Below the pieces are notes generated by a model that was given only the letters and a program-made list of their open reading frames with translations, was not told where the DNA came from and did not search any database. A program made the translations under genes and the position numbers. Below, piece by piece: positions 37,732-46,681 of a stretch of 64,000 bases of DNA (the stretch's first letter is position 1; every line of letters begins with the position of its first letter). Source of the stretch: a candidate division FCPU426 bacterium (GTDB lineage Bacteria; Oederibacteriota; PGYV01; Palsa-1178); assembly GCA_963840035.1 (NCBI GenBank), contig CAWIXE010000002.1:1056001-1120000 (forward strand). The letters run 5' to 3'.

Positions 37732-38293
37732 TCGCCTCACCGCCCTTTTCCAGCAATAAAATATGAGTATCGCCGTATTTTTTATCCTTTAAAACATTAA
37801 AACCGGGCCTTACAAGCCCTGTATCCCCGAGTTCTTCCGAATGAATCTCCGCAACTATCAAACCGTGCGCATCCAAAATATCATTTATCGCTTCCATTTG
37901 CAAGAATATTCGTATCAACCCTTTATTATACGGAGGATCCAGAAATATGATTCCCGCCTTTATACCCTGCGCCTTAAGGTTTTCCGCGGCTTTCCTGAAA
38001 TCCCTGTTAATTATTGAATACTCAGTTTCAGGGACATGGAGCTTATCCGCGTTCTTTTTTATTATCGCGCCTGTCTTATCGTCGACAAAGTATGCTTTTT
38101 TCGCGCCGTTACTTAAGGCTTCAAAGCCAAAAGCCCCTGTTCCCGCAAAAAAATCAAAAACAACCGCTTCCCCCGTGTAAGGCCTTATCATGTTAAATAC
38201 CGCCTGCCTGGTCTTGGCAAGGGTCGGCCTGGTTTCCATAGTTTTGGGGGCGCTTAAAGGAATGCCGCGGTAAATCCCGCTGGTTATTATCAT
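37724..38293 (-). CDS. rsmD: 16S rRNA m2G966 methyltransferase RsmD
   Basis: TRPT, DFFAGTGAFGFEALS.GA, FLDPPY, KKYG. Confidence 0.9.
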   Translation of the reverse strand: MIITSGIYRGIPLSAPKTMETRPTLAKTRQAVFNMIRPYTGEAVVFDFFAGTGAFGFEALSNGAKKAYFVDDKTGAIIKKNADKLHVPETEYSIINRDFRKAAENLKAQGIKAGIIFLDPPYNKGLIRIFLQMEAINDILDAHGLIVAEIHSEELGDTGLVRPGFNVLKDKKYGDTHILLLEKGGEANG

Positions 38294-38339
38294 TGTTACG
38301 CAAAATACCCGATATCCGACATCCGATATCCGATATTCT

Positions 38340-39317
38340 CTACAGCCATTTCTTTACTTTAAGGATAATGAATGTGCTCAGCGAAGTTACTATAAGCAGG
38401 CCAAGCATGAATATATATCCCCATATGCCCCATTTAAATTCCGGAAGCTCAAGGTTCATCCCGTAAAAGCTGGTAATTACTGTCATAGGAATGGCTATTG
38501 TGGCAAGTATGGTAAGCCGGTGTATAAGCTGGTTTAATTTTTTTGAAGTCATGCTGTGATAAGATTCTATTAACGACGGCACAACTTCGCGGAGTATTTC
38601 GAGTGTTTCCTGGATATTCGCCACATGATCATATACATCCCTGAAGTATGTGAGGTTGCTTTCTTTGATATATTTTTCCTTTATTACCTTCGCCAGTACC
38701 TGCTTTTCCTGAAATATAAACTTACGCAGTATCAGGATGTTCCTTTTCTGGTGCAGTGTGTCTTCCATAACACCCTTCTGGCGGTCCTCCAGGATCCTGT
38801 CTTCAAGCTCAGCTATGTTATCCTCCAGCTTATCAACTATGGGAAAATACTCGTCCACAAGCGTGTCTATGACCGCGTGCAGGATGGTGTCGGAACTCTT
38901 TCCCATGTGGTATCCCCTGGTCTTATAATCCTCTTTCCTTGCCAGCGCCTGGACCCTGTTAACAAGCTTTGACGTGGAACTTAAACGGGTTTCATGAAAT
39001 GTAATAACATAGTTTTTGCCCAGGAAGATGTTCAGTTCATGCGTGTGTATGGTATGGGCGTATGTAAGGGCATACAGGGTTATAAAAGTATATTTGTCAA
39101 ATTCTTCTATCTTGGCGTGATCCTGAGGCAATATTGCGTCCTCGATGGACAATGGATGGAATTCAAACTCATCAATTAGAAAGTCAATCTCCGCCTCAGA
39201 GGCGTCTTCAAGATCAATCCAGATTGAGGACTTCTTATCCTTGAGATACTGGAGGCTGTCCTGCGGATTGCTAAGTTCAAGGATTTTACCGGATTTAAAG
39301 GCAAAGCCCCTGAACAT
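38340..39317 (-). CDS. corA: Magnesium transporter CorA
   Basis: WIDL, HPLSIED, YFRDVYDH, YGMN signature, two C-terminal TMs. Confidence 0.92.
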   Translation of the reverse strand: MFRGFAFKSGKILELSNPQDSLQYLKDKKSSIWIDLEDASEAEIDFLIDEFEFHPLSIEDAILPQDHAKIEEFDKYTFITLYALTYAHTIHTHELNIFLGKNYVITFHETRLSSTSKLVNRVQALARKEDYKTRGYHMGKSSDTILHAVIDTLVDEYFPIVDKLEDNIAELEDRILEDRQKGVMEDTLHQKRNILILRKFIFQEKQVLAKVIKEKYIKESNLTYFRDVYDHVANIQETLEILREVVPSLIESYHSMTSKKLNQLIHRLTILATIAIPMTVITSFYGMNLELPEFKWGIWGYIFMLGLLIVTSLSTFIILKVKKWL

Positions 39318-39325
39318 TTTTTACC

Positions 39326-39679
39326 CTATCTTTTTTCTGCGCCGGTCTGGCACTTGATGCAGAGTTTGGAGAAAGGTATTACTTTAAGGCGCTCTATGCT
39401 TATGTCCTTGGCGCATTTATCGCACTTGCCGAACCTTCCTTCATCTATCTTATTTAAAGCTTCTTCTATGTCTATGAGGAGCTTTTTATTCTTTTCAGTA
39501 AGATCAAGGTGAAGTTCCTTGTCATAAATATTGGTGGCTGTATCCGCAAAATCCTGGGCATCGTTCTGATAGCCCTCGGCATTATGCATATCCTCTGTAT
39601 TTTGCTTTATCTCGATAAGTTTCGCGTTTTTCATCTCTACGAGAATATCCTTTAACTCTTTCTTCCTTTTTGCATCCAC
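39326..39679 (-). CDS. dksA: DksA/TraR zinc-finger regulator
   Basis: DFAD.A tip motif; CDKC...ERL..IP...CIKC. Confidence 0.8.
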   Translation of the reverse strand: MDAKRKKELKDILVEMKNAKLIEIKQNTEDMHNAEGYQNDAQDFADTATNIYDKELHLDLTEKNKKLLIDIEEALNKIDEGRFGKCDKCAKDISIERLKVIPFSKLCIKCQTGAEKR

Positions 39680-39708
39680 CGGTATTTCTCCTCTCGTTTT
39701 TTAGAAAC

Positions 39709-40089
39709 TTAAGCAGTAGTTTTTACTTTCAGGTTCGGGAGGTCAAGCAATCCCCTTTTAAGCTCCATGGTCGTATTTGACTCGGCCTCAAACTCCCTGT
39801 TCAGGTAAAAAAATGAATCCCACGGGTCAACCGTCTGTCCGCAGGTAAAGACATCCACGGCGGCGTATCCGTACTCCGGCCATGTATGTATTGTCAGGTG
39901 CGATTCCTGTATAACAACGACTCCGCTTATTCCATGAGGGTTGAACTTGTGAAATACCTCATCGACAACCGTGGCCTTGGCGTATTCAGCAGCCCCGACC
40001 ATGGTCCTTTCAACAAATTTCAAGTCATCCAGTTTTGATTTATTGCATCCATAAAACTCAACCAGGATGTGTCTACCGAGGTTTTTCAA
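39709..40089 (-). CDS. speD: S-adenosylmethionine decarboxylase proenzyme
   Basis: GRH, F.PHGISG, ESH.TIHTWPE, DVFTCG. Confidence 0.95.
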   Translation of the reverse strand: MKNLGRHILVEFYGCNKSKLDDLKFVERTMVGAAEYAKATVVDEVFHKFNPHGISGVVVIQESHLTIHTWPEYGYAAVDVFTCGQTVDPWDSFFYLNREFEAESNTTMELKRGLLDLPNLKVKTTA

Positions 40090-40134
40090 TTTCTTCTCAC
40101 CCCCGCTGTTCGCGTTATTTTTATTTTAATAGCA

Positions 40135-40200
40135 TTAAAGGCCCTTTAAGGGCCCCGGACTGTAAAGCGCTTCTGTGTAAACTTGTAATGAAATATTCAC
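40135..40200 (-). CDS. Candidate 21-aa speD leader peptide MNISLQVYTEALYSPGPLKGL
   Basis: Manual translation GTG 40200 to TAA 40135, between a TTGACA box (40240-40245) and speD. Confidence 0.3.
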   Translation of the reverse strand: MNISLQVYTEALYSPGPLKGL

Positions 40201-40371
40201 CTTAAATGTAGATATATTTATACTCTACAGCAATAAATTTGTCAATAATTTTTTAGGGTTTTTTTGAATTATTTTCATATTTAATAAGAATTATATTGAC
40301 ACCCGGGAATATTTTTCATCCTGCGCAATGGCCGGGATTTGTGATTTGAAATTTGATACAGCCTTAAATAA

Positions 40372-40401
40372 CGGAGGCCCGGGATTTCTCCCGGGCCTCC
40401 G
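40372..40401 (-). terminator. Intrinsic terminator of the por operon
   Basis: CGGAGGCCCGGGA-TTTC-TCCCGGGCCTCCG followed by TTATTT on minus strand. Confidence 0.75.
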
Positions 40402-40513
40402 CGTGTATGTAAAGGGGTAACACGCAATAAACATTGACGATTGTTGATCGTAAATTTCGGATTAAAAAGTCTGGTCCATTAATCCGCAATCGTCATTCTA
40501 CTATCTTCAATTA

Positions 40514-41440
40514 CTACGCTTTATTCGTAGCCTCTTCCAGCACAAGGAGCTTATTCCATTTTTCGTCGATGTTCGCCTGGATTGCCGCTATCGTTACATC
40601 GTCCTTTAAAAGGGCTTTGAACCTTGTCTGTGTCTTTAAGTACTCCGTCACAGGCAGCTTTGTGGCTGGTTTGTAGTTAATCTTGTACTTGCCGTTCTCA
40701 ACTTCATAAATCGGCCACATGCAGGTATCAGCTACCAGCTTTGACATCTTTATGGTCATTGAAGTGTCATATCCCCAGCCTGGTATGCACGGCGAGTAGA
40801 TATTGACGAACTTGGCTCCTGTTGTGGCGAAGGCTTTTTCAAATTTCTTTGTCGCGTCCGGCCACATTCCGACCGTGGTCTGCGCCACGTACGGCAGGTT
40901 ATGCGCGGCCATTATGGCCGTTAAGTCTTTCGGGTTCTGCTGTTTGCCGTTGATTACTTTTCCGGCCGGCGCTGTCGTCGTGTTCGCGCCTCTTGGCGTG
41001 GCTGACGACCTCTGCACTCCGGTGTTCATGTAAGCTTCGTTGTTGTAGCAGACATAGAGCATGTCGTGTCCGCGTTCCATGGCGCCTGAAAGGGACTGTA
41101 ATCCGATGTCATATGTGCCGCCGTCCCCGCCGAAAGCCACGAACTTTATGGTCTTGTCTATCTTACCCTGTCTCTTAAGGGACTGATAAGCCCCTTCCAC
41201 TCCCGACATGGTAGCCGCCGAGTTCTCGAACGCGTTATGGAGGAAAGGAACCTTCCATGCCGAGAACGGGAATATCGTGGATGTTACTTCAAGGCATCCG
41301 GTGGCCGAGACTACAACGACCGGGTCCTTGCAGGATGATAATACTTCTTTTATGGCTATAGGGAACCCGCAGCCGGCGCAGGCCCTGTGTCCGCCGATAA
41401 ATTTTGTTTCTACTGCTGCTGCCTGTTTAGGTGATGACAT
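40514..41440 (-). CDS. porB: Pyruvate:ferredoxin oxidoreductase beta subunit
   Basis: GHRACAGCG, TGCLEV, GGDGG TPP motif, NEAYMNTG.QRS. Confidence 0.92.
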   Translation of the reverse strand: MSSPKQAAAVETKFIGGHRACAGCGFPIAIKEVLSSCKDPVVVVSATGCLEVTSTIFPFSAWKVPFLHNAFENSAATMSGVEGAYQSLKRQGKIDKTIKFVAFGGDGGTYDIGLQSLSGAMERGHDMLYVCYNNEAYMNTGVQRSSATPRGANTTTAPAGKVINGKQQNPKDLTAIMAAHNLPYVAQTTVGMWPDATKKFEKAFATTGAKFVNIYSPCIPGWGYDTSMTIKMSKLVADTCMWPIYEVENGKYKINYKPATKLPVTEYLKTQTRFKALLKDDVTIAAIQANIDEKWNKLLVLEEATNKA

Positions 41441-41452
41441 TTTATCGTCTCC

Positions 41453-42637
41453 TTATTCTTTCAGGCCGATGTACTTGGCCTGCTCAGGTTTGGACTTGCC
41501 GTCCGCTATGTTCTTTAATTCCCTGTAAACGTCCTTGATGTTCTCAATAAATATTTCCCTGCCGCCAAGCCCGTAAATGTAGCTTGCGAGGGGCACTTTC
41601 GCGCCTGCGTCGTACATGCCGCCCTTAATTTCGGTGGCAAGCGGGCCGGCCTGGTTTGACATTGATTCGCACCTGTCAAGGATGGCTACTGCTTTTGCCT
41701 TTGAAAGCACAGCGGCAATTTCTTCAGCCGGGAAAGGCCTGAATACCCTGACTTTTAAAAGCCCTGCTTTGATGCCTTCAGCCCTGAGCTCGTCTACAGC
41801 CGCTTTTGTCGTTCCCGCGGTGGAACCCATGGATACGGTAATAAAATCAGCGTCATCGCATTTGTATGTCTCGATGAAGCCGTATTTCCTTCCGAATGTC
41901 TTGGCAAATTCCACTGAAACCTCTTCGATAACCCTTTTCGCGTTCTTCATGGCCTCATGCTGCGCCTTTTTGAACTCGAGGTAGTAATCCGTGAGGACTA
42001 TGGAACCGGCTGTTATCGGGTGGTCTACGTCAAGGACGTTATAAGGCGGTTTGTATTCGCCCACGAATTTTGCAACTTCAGCGTCCGGATACATCTCAAG
42101 CCTTTCCATGCCGTGGCTGATGATGAACCCGTCTGTCGTGACCATTATCGGGGTAATTACGTCTTTGTGTTCCGCGATCCTGGGCGCCATGATCATGGCG
42201 TCATACGCTTCCTGTGAATTTTCAGAGAATATCTGTATCCAGCCTGAATCCCTCTCAGCCATGGTGTCCGAGTGGTCGCAGTGGATGTTAATCGGGGCTG
42301 AAAGCGCCCTGTTAACGTCCGCCATGACTATCGGGAGCCTCATGCCTGAAGCGATAAAGAGTATCTCGTGCATGAGCGCCAGGCCCTGCGACGAAGTGGC
42401 TGTCATTGTGCGCGCGCCTGATGCCGCTGAGCCCACGCATGCGGACATGGCCGAGTGCTCTGATTCAACCGTGATAAGATTTGTCTTTACTTTTCCGTCG
42501 TTTACGAATCCCGCGAATATCTGCATAACTTCCGTGGCAGGCGTTATCGGGTATGCCGCGCAAACGTCCGGGTTTATCTGACGCATGGCTTCCGCCATAG
42601 CCTCGTTTCCGGTCCTTGCTGCTATTGTTTTTTCCAT
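41453..42637 (-). CDS. porA: Pyruvate:ferredoxin oxidoreductase alpha subunit
   Basis: AYPITP, ESEHSAMS, TSSQGL, NRA.SAP.NIH.DH. Confidence 0.93.
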   Translation of the reverse strand: MEKTIAARTGNEAMAEAMRQINPDVCAAYPITPATEVMQIFAGFVNDGKVKTNLITVESEHSAMSACVGSAASGARTMTATSSQGLALMHEILFIASGMRLPIVMADVNRALSAPINIHCDHSDTMAERDSGWIQIFSENSQEAYDAMIMAPRIAEHKDVITPIMVTTDGFIISHGMERLEMYPDAEVAKFVGEYKPPYNVLDVDHPITAGSIVLTDYYLEFKKAQHEAMKNAKRVIEEVSVEFAKTFGRKYGFIETYKCDDADFITVSMGSTAGTTKAAVDELRAEGIKAGLLKVRVFRPFPAEEIAAVLSKAKAVAILDRCESMSNQAGPLATEIKGGMYDAGAKVPLASYIYGLGGREIFIENIKDVYRELKNIADGKSKPEQAKYIGLKE

Positions 42638-42653
42638 ATTGTCATATCCTCCG

Positions 42654-43073
42654 TTACTTTATATTGAATTTGTCTTTGGCTTCTTTAAGCCCGACAAACA
42701 ATATTGCAGCCTTCTCGTCAAACCCCGGTGTCCCGTGTCCTGTGGACGGGGAAATCTTAAGGTTCGCGTCTTTTGCTTTGAGCTCTTTGGTGATTTTATT
42801 ATTCTGCGGGCACTCTTCCGGGCATATGCCGCAGCCCTTGCAGTAATCATAGTCAAATTCCCCGCGTTCTTTACCTTTCGCGCCGTCGACTAATTTGATG
42901 GCGTTATCCGGGCAAAATGCCCAGCATGTCATGCACTGTATGCAGTTTTCTTTTTTCCATACAGGTACTTTGCTTCTCCAGCCGCCGGTATGAAAATGCT
43001 CCGATGTGCCGCTTTCAATAACACCAGCAACAGCAAGGTCCTTCCACGTCTTTATATTTGGTTTCGTCGTCAT
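42654..43073 (-). CDS. porD: Pyruvate:ferredoxin oxidoreductase delta subunit (2x[4Fe-4S])
   Basis: TGGWR, CIQCMTCWAFCPD, DYDYCKGCGICPEECP. Confidence 0.9.
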   Translation of the reverse strand: MTTKPNIKTWKDLAVAGVIESGTSEHFHTGGWRSKVPVWKKENCIQCMTCWAFCPDNAIKLVDGAKGKERGEFDYDYCKGCGICPEECPQNNKITKELKAKDANLKISPSTGHGTPGFDEKAAILFVGLKEAKDKFNIK

Positions 43074-43654
43074 TTTTTCTTTACCTCCTCATAAGCCGCT
43101 CTGATGGCTTTCAGGTTTCCTTCAATTACTTCCGGTTTTGATTTAAACTTTTTCTCAAGTTTCTTCTTGGTATCATCCATAAAAGCCTCTATGGGAAGTA
43201 CATCCACGGCGCCAAGCAGCGCGCCGATCATAGGCGTGTTGGGGATTGGCTTGCCGATGTTGGCCTGCGCGATCTTTGAAGCGTCTATCGTAATAAGGTT
43301 CTTTCCTGCCCACTTAATCCTTGCGTGTACTTCGTCTTTTGTGCCTGCGGTGTTAACGATAAGTACTCCCGTTTCCACGTCCAGGCCATGCGCTACATCG
43401 ACCGAATCGGTCAGCGTCTCGTCGAGCACTAACACCACGTCCGGCTTTAAAACCGGCGAGTGGATGGTGATTTCCTTTGAAGCGATCCTGTCATAAGCCG
43501 CGACTGGGGCTCCCATTCTTTCCGGACCGTACTCCGGGAATGCCTGAACGTACTTTCCGGCCGAGATCGCCGCTTCGCCCAAAAGCAGAGCTGCTGTCTT
43601 AGCTCCCTGGCCGCCGCGTCCGTGCCATCTGATTTCCATCATATCTTTCGACAT
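43070..43654 (-). CDS. porC: Pyruvate:ferredoxin oxidoreductase gamma subunit
   Basis: EIRWHGRGGQGAKTAA, FPEYGPERMGAP, IPNTPMIGA. Confidence 0.92.
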   Translation of the reverse strand: MSKDMMEIRWHGRGGQGAKTAALLLGEAAISAGKYVQAFPEYGPERMGAPVAAYDRIASKEITIHSPVLKPDVVLVLDETLTDSVDVAHGLDVETGVLIVNTAGTKDEVHARIKWAGKNLITIDASKIAQANIGKPIPNTPMIGALLGAVDVLPIEAFMDDTKKKLEKKFKSKPEVIEGNLKAIRAAYEEVKKK

Positions 43655-43833
43655 CAAAAGCACCTCCTTGATAGTATATAAATACGGAATGAAGTTTCAC
43701 TATCCATAAAGGACATTGAAAATATCCGGATTTAATTGCAAATTTCATGTTTAATACTGAGTTATATTTGGGATGGTGTGCGTGAGTAATTTCACAACAA
43801 CCTAAACCAAATGAGCGACTGAAAACAAAATAT

Positions 43834-43862
43834 ATATTACTCCTGAGGGGGTAAAAGGTCAA
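43834..43862 (-). promoter_or_regulatory. Sigma-70-type promoter of the por operon
   Basis: TTGACC-17 bp-TAATAT. Confidence 0.55.
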
Positions 43863-43902
43863 GGGGTATTTTAGCCTTATAAATATGGGGCTTTGTTTTG
43901 TT

Positions 43903-44446
43903 TTTAGTAGTCGCACCCCTTCGTTTCATCGGGGTGCGCCTATTAAAGGATTGCCATTATCTCAATCCTTGGAATAACCTCGTGTGAACTGTCGGTGGTT
44001 GAGGGTATGACTTACAAATGTAGGCGCAGACCGGTGGAATGAAGGCCTGCGAATACAAAAGCAAAGCCTGCCTTGAGCCGCAGCAAGCGGCGGCTTTACG
44101 AAAAACAGACAGGTTTGTTTTGTATTTGTAGAGCCGCTGCTTGCTGCGGCTCAGACGTTGGATTTTATGTGAGGAATTGCCATTATCTCAATCCTTGGAA
44201 TAACCTCGTGTGAACTGTCGGTGGTTGAGGGTATGACTTACAAATGTAGGCGCAGGCCGGTGGGACGCAGGCCTGCGACTACTAAAGCAAGGCCTGCCTT
44301 GAGCCGCAGCAAGCGGCGGCTCTACGAAAACAGAAAGGTCTGTTTTTGTATTTGTAGAGCCGCTGCTTGCTGCGGCTCAGACGCTGGATGTTATGAGCAG
44401 GATTTCGTATTCACCTTCATATCGTTTTCACCGGCGTGCGCCTATT
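43903..44446. repeat. Composite GTAG-REP array with ~226-bp tandem duplication
   Basis: Units start at 43950 and 44176; hairpins GTAGTCGCACCC..GGGTGCG, GTAGGCGCAGGCC..GGCCTGCGACTAC, GTAGAGCCGC..GCGGCTC. Confidence 0.85.
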
Positions 44447-45971
44447 CTTTTCCGATAAAATTTTCATTCATATATAAAATACAATGTTTTTTTAATAACT
44501 GAAACATGTTATCGTCACCGTTCATTCTCGCATAAGTTAACAAAGTTATGTGATAACCGTTTTTATTGAATTGCCAGCAAGCATTTGCCCCATGATCCAG
44601 CAATTTTCTTGTCATTTCGATATCATTATTTAAAACAGCTTTATTTAACGGTATATTTTCAGCTCGCCATTCATTTGCATTTATCCCGCCATTAACATCA
44701 ACACCATTAGCCAGTAATAAATCCACCATTTCTATATTCCCATTTTCAACCGCACAGGTCAAAATGAAATCAATACCCAGTTTATTATCATCAATATAAT
44801 TTACATTTGAACCAGATTTAATAAGAAGTTTCGCCATTTCTATATCGTTGTTAACAACGGCCCTCATCAATGCAGAATGATCGTACATTCGTTGATCATC
44901 TTTCATTTTTTTTGATATCAAAATCTCTGCAATTTTTAGATTACCACATTCAGCCGCCCAATATAACGCATTATGACCAAGCCAGTCGGTTTTTTCTATA
45001 TTATATTTAGGATCATTCAATAATCTTATTGCGTTTTTATCATCACCCAAAATAATGTAATATATCAAACCTTCTATCTCTGCATTTTTAATATCAGAGC
45101 CTCTTTCAAGCAACAACTTCAACGTTTTAGAAAGATTTCCATGAAACCGAGACTCAAGAGTTTGTACAAACGCATTAAAATTATTTACATCACCTTTAAA
45201 GTTAATATCAGCTTTATTATCAAGTAACAATTTCACCAATGCGTAATTTCCTCTTTCTGAAGCAAACATCAAAGGCGTGTCATTTTGATATATTGAACAA
45301 TTTACATTTGCTCCTTTTTGAACTAATAACTTGGCCAGTTCATTATAATCGCCAGCAGAAATATGAACCAACAAATCACGATCGCTCGGATCGGCGCCAG
45401 CATTTAATAGACGTTTTATGATTAAGTGCATTCTTTCCCTTTTACGGATTACTTCTTTATTCAGTCTGCATTTAAAATCAAGGGAAGGAATACTTTCATT
45501 AAATCCTTCATATGCAAAATATACACCTAAGGGCTCAGCTTTATGTTTGAGCAAGAAATCAACCATGTTTAAATCCAGCGCTTCGGCAGCAAAAGCAATC
45601 GCTGTTCTTGTCAAATATTTATATCCATCTCCTAATCGAGTTTCAAATAATATTTCATTTACATCAAAGCCATTGTCAATTAAACATTTAGCCATTGTTG
45701 TATTCCCTTTTTGAGCAGCAATCGCCAAAGCATTCATCTTTATAAATATCCCACCGTAACGCTTGGAACAACTGATAGTTTCTTTGATATTGGTCCCTAA
45801 TTTCAGGCTTGTTTTTACTTTCTCAATATCACCTGTATAGACATAACGCAAAAAATCAGACATTTTACCGTATGTACATGAACCAAATGTGGGGTTTTGA
45901 GAATATATATAATTTGCAGTCAGTAATAATAACACAGTTAATAAAAGCAATCTTTTTTTCAAATTCAACAC
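44442..45971 (-). CDS. Secreted ankyrin-repeat protein
   Basis: Signal peptide; multiple TPL/AL..A...GN.E.V.LLL..GAD.N repeats; visibly AT-rich DNA. Confidence 0.85.
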   Translation of the reverse strand: MLNLKKRLLLLTVLLLLTANYIYSQNPTFGSCTYGKMSDFLRYVYTGDIEKVKTSLKLGTNIKETISCSKRYGGIFIKMNALAIAAQKGNTTMAKCLIDNGFDVNEILFETRLGDGYKYLTRTAIAFAAEALDLNMVDFLLKHKAEPLGVYFAYEGFNESIPSLDFKCRLNKEVIRKRERMHLIIKRLLNAGADPSDRDLLVHISAGDYNELAKLLVQKGANVNCSIYQNDTPLMFASERGNYALVKLLLDNKADINFKGDVNNFNAFVQTLESRFHGNLSKTLKLLLERGSDIKNAEIEGLIYYIILGDDKNAIRLLNDPKYNIEKTDWLGHNALYWAAECGNLKIAEILISKKMKDDQRMYDHSALMRAVVNNDIEMAKLLIKSGSNVNYIDDNKLGIDFILTCAVENGNIEMVDLLLANGVDVNGGINANEWRAENIPLNKAVLNNDIEMTRKLLDHGANACWQFNKNGYHITLLTYARMNGDDNMFQLLKKHCILYMNENFIGKE

Positions 45972-46000
45972 CTTCTTTTTATACCATTCACCAAGACTTA

Positions 46001-46678
46001 TTATGGTCTTGGAAGTTTATCAGTACTTCTTGGAGTTTTCTTGACCTTTTGGTACATATCATATGAATACCACAAAAGGTACGCGGTGCCTGCCATGGAC
46101 GGGACAATTGCAAAAAGCAGCATTAATTTCGGAAAAAACACGCCGCCTAGCGCCGCCAGGGCGCACCAACGGAATATGTTCCCCGCCATAACATGGGTTT
46201 TATCCCATACTTCGCCATTTTCCAGCGTCCATGGCGTGCGGATACCCACGAAATAATTTGGTTTTGCCTGTTCAACTAATACGGCTATGGCTAAATAAAG
46301 CCCTGTAAAAAACGGGGCCATTGCCAGGTTCATGTCTATATGCCAGCCCCCGCCGGTGAGTATCATCAGGGCATAAATATACGCAAAAAGGCTGAGGAAA
46401 ATATTCGCAAAACGGTCAAACGCGGGGGTGAATTCACCCATGCGTCCTTTGGGGTCAATCCTTGAAATAAGGGCAAAAACCAAAAAAACAACAAGCGCGA
46501 TGCATGGAAGCATCAGCATCGCGGGTCCCTTGTCCATGTACCCGTTCGGTTTCCCGTCCATACCCCAGTGCGATACCATCCTGCAGGGCATATGCGGCAT
46601 GATAATCAGCGCCGCGCCGAACATGCCCGCGATAATGCTTAAAGAAATTGCCTCGCCTTTTCTTATAGTAACGGCCAT
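46001..46678 (-). CDS. SdpI/DUF1648 family membrane (immunity-like) protein
   Basis: HW..DG.PNGY, PNYFVGIRTPWTL....WDKTH. Confidence 0.9.
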   Translation of the reverse strand: MAVTIRKGEAISLSIIAGMFGAALIIMPHMPCRMVSHWGMDGKPNGYMDKGPAMLMLPCIALVVFLVFALISRIDPKGRMGEFTPAFDRFANIFLSLFAYIYALMILTGGGWHIDMNLAMAPFFTGLYLAIAVLVEQAKPNYFVGIRTPWTLENGEVWDKTHVMAGNIFRWCALAALGGVFFPKLMLLFAIVPSMAGTAYLLWYSYDMYQKVKKTPRSTDKLPRP

Positions 46679-46681
46679 AAA

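Noticed and set aside
43903..44446. Possible CRISPR array
   Set aside because: Inter-repeat sequences are themselves duplicated, units alternate orientation, and no cas genes are present; fits REP mosaics
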